This document shows positions 1 through 7,018 of a stretch of DNA of 36,977 bases, in pieces. The number at the start of each line of letters is the position of its first letter. Position 1 is the stretch's first letter. The stretch is from a virus (taxonomy: Duplodnaviria; Caudoviricetes). The position numbers and the translations under genes are program-made. The stretch is from the IMG/VR virus record IMGVR_UViG_3300012921_000044, positions 1 to 36,977 of that record. One strand, 5' to 3'. The notes beneath the pieces were generated by a model. The model ran no database searches and was not told the DNA's origin. It worked only from the letters and a program-made list of their open reading frames with translations.

Positions 1-32
1 TTACGACGAGGGTTCGATTCCCTTCACCCGCT
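1..32 (+). tRNA. 3' half of a tRNA-Gly (probable att core; 5' half would lie left of the window)
   Basis: T-arm GAGGG-TTCGATT-CCCTT (8-24), acceptor strand CACCCGC (25-31), discriminator T, then CAC rather than CCA. A GCGGGTG/CACCCGC acceptor with U73 is typical of tRNA-Gly; anticodon not visible. Confidence 0.82.
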
Positions 33-1632
33 CACCCGTTATCGCAATTTCTTGCGGAACGGGCTGGCCAGTCGCCAAGGCCAGCATGGCGTTCATGCGA
101 GCGGTGACCTCGATCCGTGTCCCGCGGCCAGTGTCGGCGGGATAGACGTCGATACGGCCGATCAGCCCGCGCAGCTTCGGAATGCTCTCGACATGGCGAC
201 CGGGATCGCTGGCGAGCGTCGCGAACAGGTGTTCGACTTCGCGCCGATAGTCGGCAGCGGCCGTGGGATGCAGCGCGATCACCGGCAAGCTTTCCATATC
301 GGCGATATCGGCCGCCAACTGGTCGCGTTCGGTGCGGGCCTTGTCGAGCGCCTCGCGAACCTCAACCAGATCGACGCCCTTTGCGATGGCGTCGACAAGG
401 CGATCAATCTTCGCGGTGGCTTCACGCTGGGCGCGCTTCAGCCGATCGGCGTCACGGGCGATCGACTTCGCCTTCTTCGCCGCCGCCTGATGATATTCGC
501 GGACATAGGCTTCGATCGCGTCCGGGTGCAAAAGCTGACTGGTAAGTCCGTGCTCGACCCGTTCGGCCATCGTGTCCGACCGGACGGTCCGATTGTTCGA
601 ACAGACGGCTGCGCCGCTTTCGCGATGGCGGCCGCAGCCCCAATATTCACCGCCGCGCACCGTCCAGGCGCCGCCACAAACGCCACAGAATGCGAGCCCG
701 GACAGAATATGCTTCGGCCGGCGCGATCGTTCGGGCCGGTGCGTCGAATATTGCTGACGCCGTTCCTGCACCGTGGCGAAGGTCGCGTCGTCGATGATGC
801 GCAGATGCGGAGCGTCGGCCTCTACCCATGTTTCAGGATCGTTCGGCCGGATCAGGTGCTTGCGCGTCTTCGGGTTGAGCACCTTTTCGGTGCGATCGTG
901 GACCAGCTTGCCGATATAGATGCGGTTCTGAAGCATTCCGTTCGACCGCTGCCGGTCGCCCTGGATCGTCGATTGGCGCCATACGCCGCCGCGCGGACCG
1001 GGGATGCGGTCTTCGTTCAAGCGCGCCGCGATGGCACGAGCGGATTGCCCGGCGGCATATTCGGCGAAAATGCGGCGAACGACTTCAGCCTGGGCGTCGT
1101 CGACCTCGCGCAGCCCCCGGATCGCGCGGCCGGTGTCGGGATCAATGATGTTCGCCAGACGATAGCCGTAGGCCTTGCCGCCGGGGCTACGCCCCTGCTC
1201 GAGCGTGCCGCGCTGCCCGCGCTTGATCTTCGCGCGGTTGTCCTTGCGGAACTGGGCGTCGGTGAGCCCGCGCACGGTGGCAATAATGTCGGTGACCTCG
1301 CCGTCCGACAGGGTGAACAGGCGGGCGCCGGCGAAGTTGATGCGCTCGCGGATCGTGAAGGCGTCGCCCTGATGCCGCGCGATGCGATCGGTGGCTTCGG
1401 CAAGCACCTGATCGACGCCGCCTTCCTCGACCCGGCGCAGCATCGCACCCAGGCCGGGACGGGCGTTTTCATCGATGCCGGCGGCGCCATGGATGGCATA
1501 ATCGGTAAACGGCTCGGCGACCAGTTCCCAGCCTTCGCGCTCGCACCGTTCGCGGCAAATCCTGACCTGGTCTTCAATCGACCGGCTATTCTGAAGCGCG
1601 CTCGAAAAGCGGGCATAGATGACAGTGCGCAT
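1..1632 (-). CDS. Large serine recombinase (phage integrase)
   Basis: Resolvase motif IYARFSS...SIEDQ and DRIAR, recombinase domain (YGY..., NRIYIGK), zinc ribbon LSGLAFCGVCGG...YWGC, coiled coil. Confidence 0.96.
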   Translation of the reverse strand: MRTVIYARFSSALQNSRSIEDQVRICRERCEREGWELVAEPFTDYAIHGAAGIDENARPGLGAMLRRVEEGGVDQVLAEATDRIARHQGDAFTIRERINFAGARLFTLSDGEVTDIIATVRGLTDAQFRKDNRAKIKRGQRGTLEQGRSPGGKAYGYRLANIIDPDTGRAIRGLREVDDAQAEVVRRIFAEYAAGQSARAIAARLNEDRIPGPRGGVWRQSTIQGDRQRSNGMLQNRIYIGKLVHDRTEKVLNPKTRKHLIRPNDPETWVEADAPHLRIIDDATFATVQERRQQYSTHRPERSRRPKHILSGLAFCGVCGGAWTVRGGEYWGCGRHRESGAAVCSNNRTVRSDTMAERVEHGLTSQLLHPDAIEAYVREYHQAAAKKAKSIARDADRLKRAQREATAKIDRLVDAIAKGVDLVEVREALDKARTERDQLAADIADMESLPVIALHPTAAADYRREVEHLFATLASDPGRHVESIPKLRGLIGRIDVYPADTGRGTRIEVTARMNAMLALATGQPVPQEIAITGERVKGIEPSS

Positions 1633-1650
1633 GGCCGTTCCCCGGACCGA

Positions 1651-1836
1651 TTACGGCCGGGCCGCCCGCCGCTTTTTATGGGGCGTGTTGCGGTTGGCGG
1701 CCTTCTTTACCAGAAGATCCATATCCCGCGCGGCGTTCTCGCGCGCAAGGGCCTTCACGAAGTCGATGACGTCGGGATCGGGCGGGCTTTGAACCGTGAT
1801 GGTGACGCCGCCGATGGTGTGCGAGGCGGGAGCCAT
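1651..1836 (-). CDS. Small basic protein upstream of the integrase (candidate recombination directionality factor)
   Basis: 61 aa MAPASHTIGG...; ATG overlaps upstream TAA (TAATG); function inferred from position only. Confidence 0.6.
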   Translation of the reverse strand: MAPASHTIGGVTITVQSPPDPDVIDFVKALARENAARDMDLLVKKAANRNTPHKKRRAARP

Positions 1837-2105
1837 TACGCGGCTTCCTGCTTCATGCTGCCTTCGACGGGCAGCGCATCGGCCCACGCGAAGGCTTCCT
1901 GTCGAGCGCCTTCCATCGTGCTCGCCTTCAGAGCAAGGCTAAAATCCCAATCTCCGGCATCAACGAAGGCTTCCATCGACCCGTCGTATTCGAAATGAAT
2001 AATGAAGTTCAGCCCTCGATAGACCCATTCTTCGACCGGACACCCGCAATCGGGATCGGAATAGCTGGCATCGAGCCGGGGAACGCTCCAACCGTCGGCC
2101 GTCAT
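1836..2105 (-). CDS. Hypothetical phage protein (89 aa, MTADGWSVP...)
   Basis: ATGA overlap with upstream gene, TAATG overlap downstream. Confidence 0.7.
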   Translation of the reverse strand: MTADGWSVPRLDASYSDPDCGCPVEEWVYRGLNFIIHFEYDGSMEAFVDAGDWDFSLALKASTMEGARQEAFAWADALPVEGSMKQEAA

Positions 2106-2347
2106 ACCGCTGCTGCCTTGAGCTCGGCAACGAAGGCGTCCATCGCCGCAAGCGCCTTGCCGTCGAGCATGAAGGGGTGAGCCCAGCGCTGCCGATAGTC
2201 GCAGAACTGGCAAATCCAGCCCCGCACCGTCGGGACCAGCGAGACGCCGCCCTCGCACTGGGCGCAGGTGAACGGGTGGACCGGACCCTTTTGCCATGCG
2301 TCGAGATTGCGAACTTCTTCGGGGGTGAAGATGAGGGCGTTGGTCAT
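2102..2347 (-). CDS. Zinc-ribbon hypothetical protein
   Basis: HPFTCAQC...WICQFCDY; coupled on both sides. Confidence 0.8.
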   Translation of the reverse strand: MTNALIFTPEEVRNLDAWQKGPVHPFTCAQCEGGVSLVPTVRGWICQFCDYRQRWAHPFMLDGKALAAMDAFVAELKAAAV

Positions 2348-2676
2348 CAGTCGTTTCCGGCAATGCGAATATCGACGTCCATGCCGATGACGCCGCGCAC
2401 GGCCTCCGCGATCGTTTCGGCGTCGATGGTGACGACCTGTTCGGGCGCGTCGACCCTGATCCGCGCGACCATGCTGGGGGTTTCGAAAAGCGCGATCGGC
2501 AGTTCCATCTTCAGATTGATGGTCCGTTCATTGCGCGCGAGCTTGGGATAGGTGGCGGTCGCCCTAACCGACGGCCGATCGCTATAACCCTCGCCCCGTC
2601 CGACGGTCAGCCAGAAGTCGAGACACAGGACAGACTTGCCGCCGGCGGTGCTCTCATATCCAAAGCGAGCGCCCAT
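2347..2676 (-). CDS. Hypothetical phage protein (109 aa)
   Basis: 1-nt stop/start overlaps at both ends; protein-like composition. Confidence 0.8.
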   Translation of the reverse strand: MGARFGYESTAGGKSVLCLDFWLTVGRGEGYSDRPSVRATATYPKLARNERTINLKMELPIALFETPSMVARIRVDAPEQVVTIDAETIAEAVRGVIGMDVDIRIAGND

Positions 2677-2996
2677 TATTCGTCCCCCGCTCCGATCAAG
2701 CCAGCCTTATCGGCCGCGTCGATCAGTGAGCCGTCGCCGCGGTGACGCGACAGGACGGCGCCGCCGTCGCCCTTCAGCTCGAAGGGCGGCCGGTGCTTGC
2801 CGGCGCGGACGCCCGCGACGGTGAGCGTGCGGGAGGCGGTGCCGACCATTTCGCCAGCCAGCCAGTCGGCAACGTCACCTTCGATCAGCGGCAGCACGGC
2901 CGCGACCTGGTTAACGGTGGCAAGGTCGAACTCGCGCCCGAGACGATTGAGCAGGTTGAGCGCGTAAATCCGCGCGCGGCGGTCATCGTCGATCAT
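2676..2996 (-). CDS. Hypothetical phage protein (106 aa, MIDDDRRA...)
   Basis: ATGA overlap at 2993-2996; GAGG RBS upstream. Confidence 0.75.
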   Translation of the reverse strand: MIDDDRRARIYALNLLNRLGREFDLATVNQVAAVLPLIEGDVADWLAGEMVGTASRTLTVAGVRAGKHRPPFELKGDGGAVLSRHRGDGSLIDAADKAGLIGAGDE

Positions 2997-3220
2997 GGTT
3001 CCCTCACAAAGTTGCCGACACGGTCGAAGGTCTGGCACTCATTCACGCAAATGACGGTGCCGTCGGTGAAGCGCATCCGCCACCCTAACTGATAGCGGTC
3101 TATCGACTGGACGGTCTTTCCGACCAGCGAACGAAGGTCCAGCATGTCGCGGAAGTCGTCGTCGAGCGACGCGGCGGCGGACGCCAGGCAGGCGTCGAAG
3201 GTGCGCACGCCGCCGGTCAC
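2993..3220 (-). CDS. Hypothetical phage protein (75 aa)
   Basis: GTG start with GAGG RBS; LVGKTVQSI...MRFTDGT beta-rich segment. Confidence 0.7.
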   Translation of the reverse strand: MTGGVRTFDACLASAAASLDDDFRDMLDLRSLVGKTVQSIDRYQLGWRMRFTDGTVICVNECQTFDRVGNFVREP

Positions 3221-3687
3221 AGCACCGCCTCATTGACGCCGAACCGAAGCGCATTATCGTGAAGGCCGTTGGCGGCAATCGGGGGGATAGCGTCATGGGA
3301 ATTCTGATCACCGTCGCGCTCGCGATCATCGGCGGGCTTTGCGCCCTGGCTTTTCAGGACATGGTCGCTTTTAAGCGTCTTGCTCGCGCCGCAAGGCCGG
3401 TCCTGCGCTACGTCAACACTGTTGCCTTCGGTTCCCTTGTTGCGGCCTTGTATATTGGCGCGGACACCGGGCGCGCTGCCCAAGTAACCGACGTGGCAAT
3501 CATCGCGATCGTTTGCACGATGGCCGTTACCATCGTGCTTGTCTTTCTGATTTGGCTCCGAGAGGGCGTTTCCGGCTTTGTCGACCTGTAACACCCAGTA
3601 GGCGGAGAACGCCGCCGCAGACGCGACCACAGTTGGTAGAAGATACCAGCCAAGGCCACGCAGCCCGGCTTTCCGTTCGCCGCTCAT
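3217..3687 (-). CDS. Coupled ORF (156 aa) with N-terminal hydrophobic helix, overlying an antisense gene
   Basis: ATGA overlap at 3684-3687 and GTGA overlap at 3217-3220; C-terminal two-thirds looks like an antisense shadow. Confidence 0.45.
   Translation of the reverse strand: MSGERKAGLRGLGWYLLPTVVASAAAFSAYWVLQVDKAGNALSEPNQKDKHDGNGHRANDRDDCHVGYLGSAPGVRANIQGRNKGTEGNSVDVAQDRPCGASKTLKSDHVLKSQGAKPADDRERDGDQNSHDAIPPIAANGLHDNALRFGVNEAVL
3295..3591 (+). CDS. Small membrane protein, about 3 TM helices, antisense to the early operon (moron-like)
   Basis: 98 aa MGILITVALAIIGGLCALAF...; GGGGGA RBS; three hydrophobic segments. Confidence 0.7.
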   Translation: MGILITVALAIIGGLCALAFQDMVAFKRLARAARPVLRYVNTVAFGSLVAALYIGADTGRAAQVTDVAIIAIVCTMAVTIVLVFLIWLREGVSGFVDL

Positions 3688-3815
3688 GCCGACACCCAGC
3701 GCGCGGCCTGCGCCACGGCGATCGACAGGACAAGGACGGCGGCAATCAGCGCCAGCACGCGGTCGAAGATCACTTCGCCGTCGTCGGTGGCCATCGGCTC
3801 GATGGGAGGTTGCAT
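3684..3815 (-). CDS. 43-aa single-TM protein, first gene of the leftward operon (not in ORF track)
   Basis: MQPPIEPMATDDGEVIFDRVLALIAAVLVLSIAVAQAARWVSA; GGAG RBS; ATGA overlap downstream. Confidence 0.65.
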   Translation of the reverse strand: MQPPIEPMATDDGEVIFDRVLALIAAVLVLSIAVAQAARWVSA

Positions 3816-3855
3816 AGGACGGGCTCCACGGCCGGGACCGTCCCGGCGGCGAGCT

Positions 3856-3908
3856 TTGTTTCATAAATCGGAACATATAGTCAAGCGGAAAGTTCCAAAA
3901 ATAGAAAC
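3856..3908 (-). promoter_or_regulatory. PL promoter with two operators
   Basis: -35 TTGACT (3884-3879); GTTTC-ATAAATC-GGAAC (3858-3874) and GTTCC-AAAAATA-GAAAC (3892-3908). Confidence 0.75.
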
Positions 3909-3960
3909 TTCTCAAAATCCGCTGCGTTTTGGCCTAAATCGATTGCAAAGGGGAATTGCC

Positions 3961-4332
3961 ATGTTGTTTCGCGTTGCCATCGTTTTTTCTCTCGGAATGC
4001 TCTCCGCCTGTTCCGAACCCGAAGCTGCCCCGCTTGAGCGGTCGCGAGAGGCTGAACCGATAGCGGATATGGCGCCGCCCGTCGCGGCAGCGAGCTTGCC
4101 GCAGGGCGTTCGCCAGCCCACCTTGGCCGAACTGGCACGCGCGATCGGCGCATCTTGTCCCCAGCCCACCAAATCCGAATACAAGGGTGAGGCCGGCGGC
4201 AAGCATATGTTCGCAGTGAGCTGCGCGGGAGGCGATCAACTGGTGAGCGTCGAAACCGACGGCTCGACAAGCGTTCTTTCGTGCGAAGCAATGGAGCAAG
4301 TGGGCGGCGTCGGCTGTTGGGAACCCTGGTAA
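3961..4332 (+). CDS. Lipoprotein (123 aa), possible superinfection-exclusion moron
   Basis: Signal peptide with lipobox LSAC; AGGGGA RBS; four further Cys; convergent with the repressor. Confidence 0.85.
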   Translation: MLFRVAIVFSLGMLSACSEPEAAPLERSREAEPIADMAPPVAAASLPQGVRQPTLAELARAIGASCPQPTKSEYKGEAGGKHMFAVSCAGGDQLVSVETDGSTSVLSCEAMEQVGGVGCWEPW

Positions 4333-4333
4333 G

Positions 4334-4669
4334 CTAGCCTGCTTTCCGCCGATCGCCGTCCGGCAAGTCGTCAAGATCGGGCTGCGTCCGATATTCGCGG
4401 CGCTGTTCGGCCGCGATGCGCAGCGCATCCCTGCGAAGCTGACGCAGAGCCATTGCATCTTCCGGGTGCATTAGAAGTTCGAACGGCGCGATATGCAGCG
4501 CGTGCGCGGCTTCGTTGACCGTGTCCCGATTATAACGCTGCTTTCCGTTCACTAACTCGCTGGTCTTTCTCTTATCCCAGTCGGTGAGTTCCATCAGCCG
4601 CGCCTGCTTGACGCGCAGCGTGGCGAGCCATTCCCGCAGATACCAATCGTGGTGGGGGGCTCCGTTCAT
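4334..4669 (-). CDS. CI-like XRE repressor (111 aa) without peptidase domain
   Basis: WYLREW...KQARLMELTDWDKRKTSELVNGKQRYNRD HTH; divergent from cro. Confidence 0.85.
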   Translation of the reverse strand: MNGAPHHDWYLREWLATLRVKQARLMELTDWDKRKTSELVNGKQRYNRDTVNEAAHALHIAPFELLMHPEDAMALRQLRRDALRIAAEQRREYRTQPDLDDLPDGDRRKAG

Positions 4670-4763
4670 GTTTCGATTATAGAAACTCAATGCTTTTCCG
4701 TCGTTTGTAAAAAACGAAACTTTTGCGCTTGCGTTCTGTTTCATTTTTTGGAACAAAACCGCC
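4670..4763. promoter_or_regulatory. OR region: divergent PRM/PR promoters with three operators
   Basis: AT-rich; GTTTC-GATTATA-GAAAC (4670-4686), degenerate TTTGT-AAAAAAC-GAAAC (4704-4720), GTTTC-ATTTTTT-GGAAC (4738-4754); minus-strand TATAAT at 4681-4676. Confidence 0.8.
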
Positions 4764-5087
4764 ATGGCAAAAACCTTCTCCATCGCAGACCTTCGCCGCG
4801 AACTCGGACTTTCTCTTGAAGAGTTCGGGAAACGGATCGGCTTGTCGTCCAAGGGGAATGTGTCGCTTATCGAACGCGGCCAAGCCGCGCCGTCGCTCCC
4901 TGTCGCGCTTGCGATTGAAAAACTCTCGTGCGGCCGGATCGACGCCGCTGCCCTGAATTCCGACGTCGCCGCAGCGCGTGCGGCAAATGTCGTCACCTGC
5001 GGCACCTGCGACCGCCGGGCGGATCAGCCTGAAGTCGACGCCTGCACCGCGAGCAATTGCGGCCTTCGGCAGAAGGAAGCCGCGTAG
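4764..5087 (+). CDS. Cro-like HTH protein with C-terminal Cys4 motif
   Basis: LRRELGLSLEEFGKRIGLSSKGNVSLIERG HTH; CGTC...CTASNC tail. Confidence 0.88.
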   Translation: MAKTFSIADLRRELGLSLEEFGKRIGLSSKGNVSLIERGQAAPSLPVALAIEKLSCGRIDAAALNSDVAAARAANVVTCGTCDRRADQPEVDACTASNCGLRQKEAA

Positions 5088-5139
5088 ATGGCTGATGCAC
5101 CCTTCATCGTCGGCGTCCGTGGCGTGGAATTCGTGCCGT

Positions 5140-5421
5140 TCAGCGCGTCTGATCGGTCCGAAGCCGTTCCTGCACGCCAGCAAAAAAGGTCGCAATTCGA
5201 TGCGCCACAATTTCTTGCTGCGCTGCGCGGTCCGCTTCGCTGGGTTCGCTGCCATATGGCGCGGTTCCTGGAAGCATCGCCTGTCGGCAAAATTCGTCGG
5301 CAATCTGGGGAACAGTGTCATGACTGACCCCCGCTTGCCGCATGTGGATGGCGTAGATGTTTTCCAGCAAGAAATTGATCTTGCTGATTTCCGCGCCCAT
5401 TCGGATTTCGTCGATATCCAT
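5140..5421 (-). CDS. Hypothetical protein (93 aa, MDIDEIRMG...), antisense between cro and cII
   Basis: GAAGGGA RBS; helical globular composition; locally lower GC. Confidence 0.7.
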   Translation of the reverse strand: MDIDEIRMGAEISKINFLLENIYAIHMRQAGVSHDTVPQIADEFCRQAMLPGTAPYGSEPSEADRAAQQEIVAHRIATFFAGVQERLRTDQTR

Positions 5422-5729
5422 GAACCGTCCCTTCGTGCTGACCTTGAGGGGCCGCACGGTAGCGAGGGGCGCCGGCTGCGCCAATCCCGCCGTATGGGCG
5501 CCGCTGTCGTGCATTCGGCGCGCAGCATCCTTGTAATCCAGTTTCCCGTGCGCGCGTCGGCCCCGCCGCGCCACGGGGTGCACGCGCGGCGGGGGCTCCA
5601 TCTCCCCCCCTTGGCTCCCGCCGCGCAAATTGCCGCCCCCTGTTCGTCATGCCCCGATTGTGAAGCGTCGCCCTGCGCCGGTCACCGGGAAACGGCACCC
5701 ACTTTCCCCCCCGTCCTGAAGGCGCACTG

Positions 5730-6221
5730 ATGGCCCGCCCCGAAGCCCTGTCGACCGACGAACAAATCCTTGCGGCCGCCACGAAGAAGGCGATCCAGGC
5801 GGCGGGCGGCCTTGAGAAGTGCGAGGCCGAAACCGGCATTTCCGATAGCCAGCTGTCGCGTTGCTGCTCGCCGAACCAGCGGGACAGCATTACGATCCGC
5901 GACGCGGTGACCATCGAAAGCATCGGGCACGGAAACAGCGGCCATCCCCATATCCTGCGCGCCTATGCCCGCCTGCTCGGCTTCGTCCTCATTCCCCAGC
6001 CCGAAGGGCCGGCGGACGCCGACGGCCTGGCGCTGTCGGTGATGACGCTGACGTCCGAGCTCGGCGACGTCGCGCAGGCCATCAACGAAGCATTGCGCGA
6101 CCGCGTCGTCACGGCCGGCGAAGTCGCCGTCGCGCTCGAGCAACTCGACGAACTTGATCAGGCCAGCGCGACGCTGCGCCTGAAGCTGAAATCCTTGGTC
6201 GCGGCCGAGCCGAAGGGCTGA
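5730..6221 (+). CDS. CII-family phage regulator
   Basis: AAGGLEKCEAETGISDSQLSRC HTH-like; ILRAYARLLGFVLIP and ELGDVAQAI segments; position after cro. Confidence 0.8.
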   Translation: MARPEALSTDEQILAAATKKAIQAAGGLEKCEAETGISDSQLSRCCSPNQRDSITIRDAVTIESIGHGNSGHPHILRAYARLLGFVLIPQPEGPADADGLALSVMTLTSELGDVAQAINEALRDRVVTAGEVAVALEQLDELDQASATLRLKLKSLVAAEPKG

Positions 6222-6306
6222 CCGCGTCCCGATCCTCTCGGGGGATCACCGATCACCACGAAACGCCGACCCCGGACGGCCGGGGCGGAACCGAAGGGAG
6301 TATGTC

Positions 6307-6726
6307 ATGAACGATATTGCGAGTGCGCCCGTCACGCTCGACCAGCCCACCAAGGCGGCCGACGGCGGGCATGTCCCCGGCGCGTGCAACACGCTGGGCG
6401 ATTTCGTCCGGTCGCTGGAAGACGGTCAGTTCGATGTTGACGCCTATGCCGCGATCAAGAGGCTTTCCGCTGCCTTGACGGCCACGGCCATGTCGAACGG
6501 CGGGAAGGCGAAGGGGAAGGTGACGATCAGCCTGGACTTCGAACAGGAAGGTTCGGTCACCCAGATCAAGGCGGCCTTCAAGGTCGCGCTCCCCGAAGCC
6601 CGCCGTCCGAAGTCAGTCATGTGGAAGACCGACGACAACCGCCTGTCCCGCTCGCGTCCGGGGCACGGCGAACTTTTCGGCATCCGTGATGTGTCGGGCT
6701 CCACCCCCGGCTTCACCGACGCCTGA
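6307..6726 (+). CDS. Conserved phage protein, usual upstream partner of DUF2303 (YfdP-like)
   Basis: GGKAKGKVTISLDF motif; GGGAG RBS; synteny. Confidence 0.75.
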   Translation: MNDIASAPVTLDQPTKAADGGHVPGACNTLGDFVRSLEDGQFDVDAYAAIKRLSAALTATAMSNGGKAKGKVTISLDFEQEGSVTQIKAAFKVALPEARRPKSVMWKTDDNRLSRSRPGHGELFGIRDVSGSTPGFTDA

Positions 6727-7008
6727 CGCCCCAGCAAAGGAAAGCATTATGGAAAAGCCGCCCAGCCAATCGGTCGCCAGCACGTCCGATGATCGGACGA
6801 TCAATAATGTGATGCGCCACGCTTACCGCGTGCTGTCGGATCACGAAAAGGCGCAGATGCAGCGCGTCAAAGACGACGGCCTCGCCCTCTGGACCCTCTT
6901 CGACAGCATCGGGACCAGCCGCGAAATCGCGCTCGCGAAAACCAAGATCGAAGAAGCCGTCATGTGGGCCGTGAAACACATCACGGCCTGATGCCCCCAG
7001 CAAAGGAA
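6721..7008 (+). repeat. Direct repeat of about 22 bp (stop + RBS) flanking the Acb2-like gene
   Basis: GCCTGACGCCCCAGCAAAGGAA (6721-6742) and GCCTGATGCCCCCAGCAAAGGAA (6986-7008). Confidence 0.85.
6749..6991 (+). CDS. Acb2/Tad1-like nucleotide-sponge family protein (80 aa)
   Basis: YRVLSDHEKAQMQRVK resembles the Acb2 N-terminal YRxLS...MNRVK; REIALAKTKIEEAVMWAVK helix typical of the Acb2/Tad1 hairpin domain. Confidence 0.7.
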   Translation: MEKPPSQSVASTSDDRTINNVMRHAYRVLSDHEKAQMQRVKDDGLALWTLFDSIGTSREIALAKTKIEEAVMWAVKHITA

Positions 7009-7018
7009 GGAATTAGAC

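Noticed and set aside
52-1998. 648-aa ORF antisense to the integrase
   Set aside because: In-register shadow of high-GC genes with no RBS, motifs or coupling to neighbours; it also shows that long antisense frames alone are not evidence here
3858-4754. Operators as LexA boxes
   Set aside because: The alphaproteobacterial LexA box is a direct repeat (GTTC-N7-GTTC); these are inverted repeats at phage OL/OR positions
4670-5005. N-terminal extension of the repressor ORF (223 aa in the track)
   Set aside because: Runs through the operators and cro; the start at 4669 fits the -10 element and HTH position
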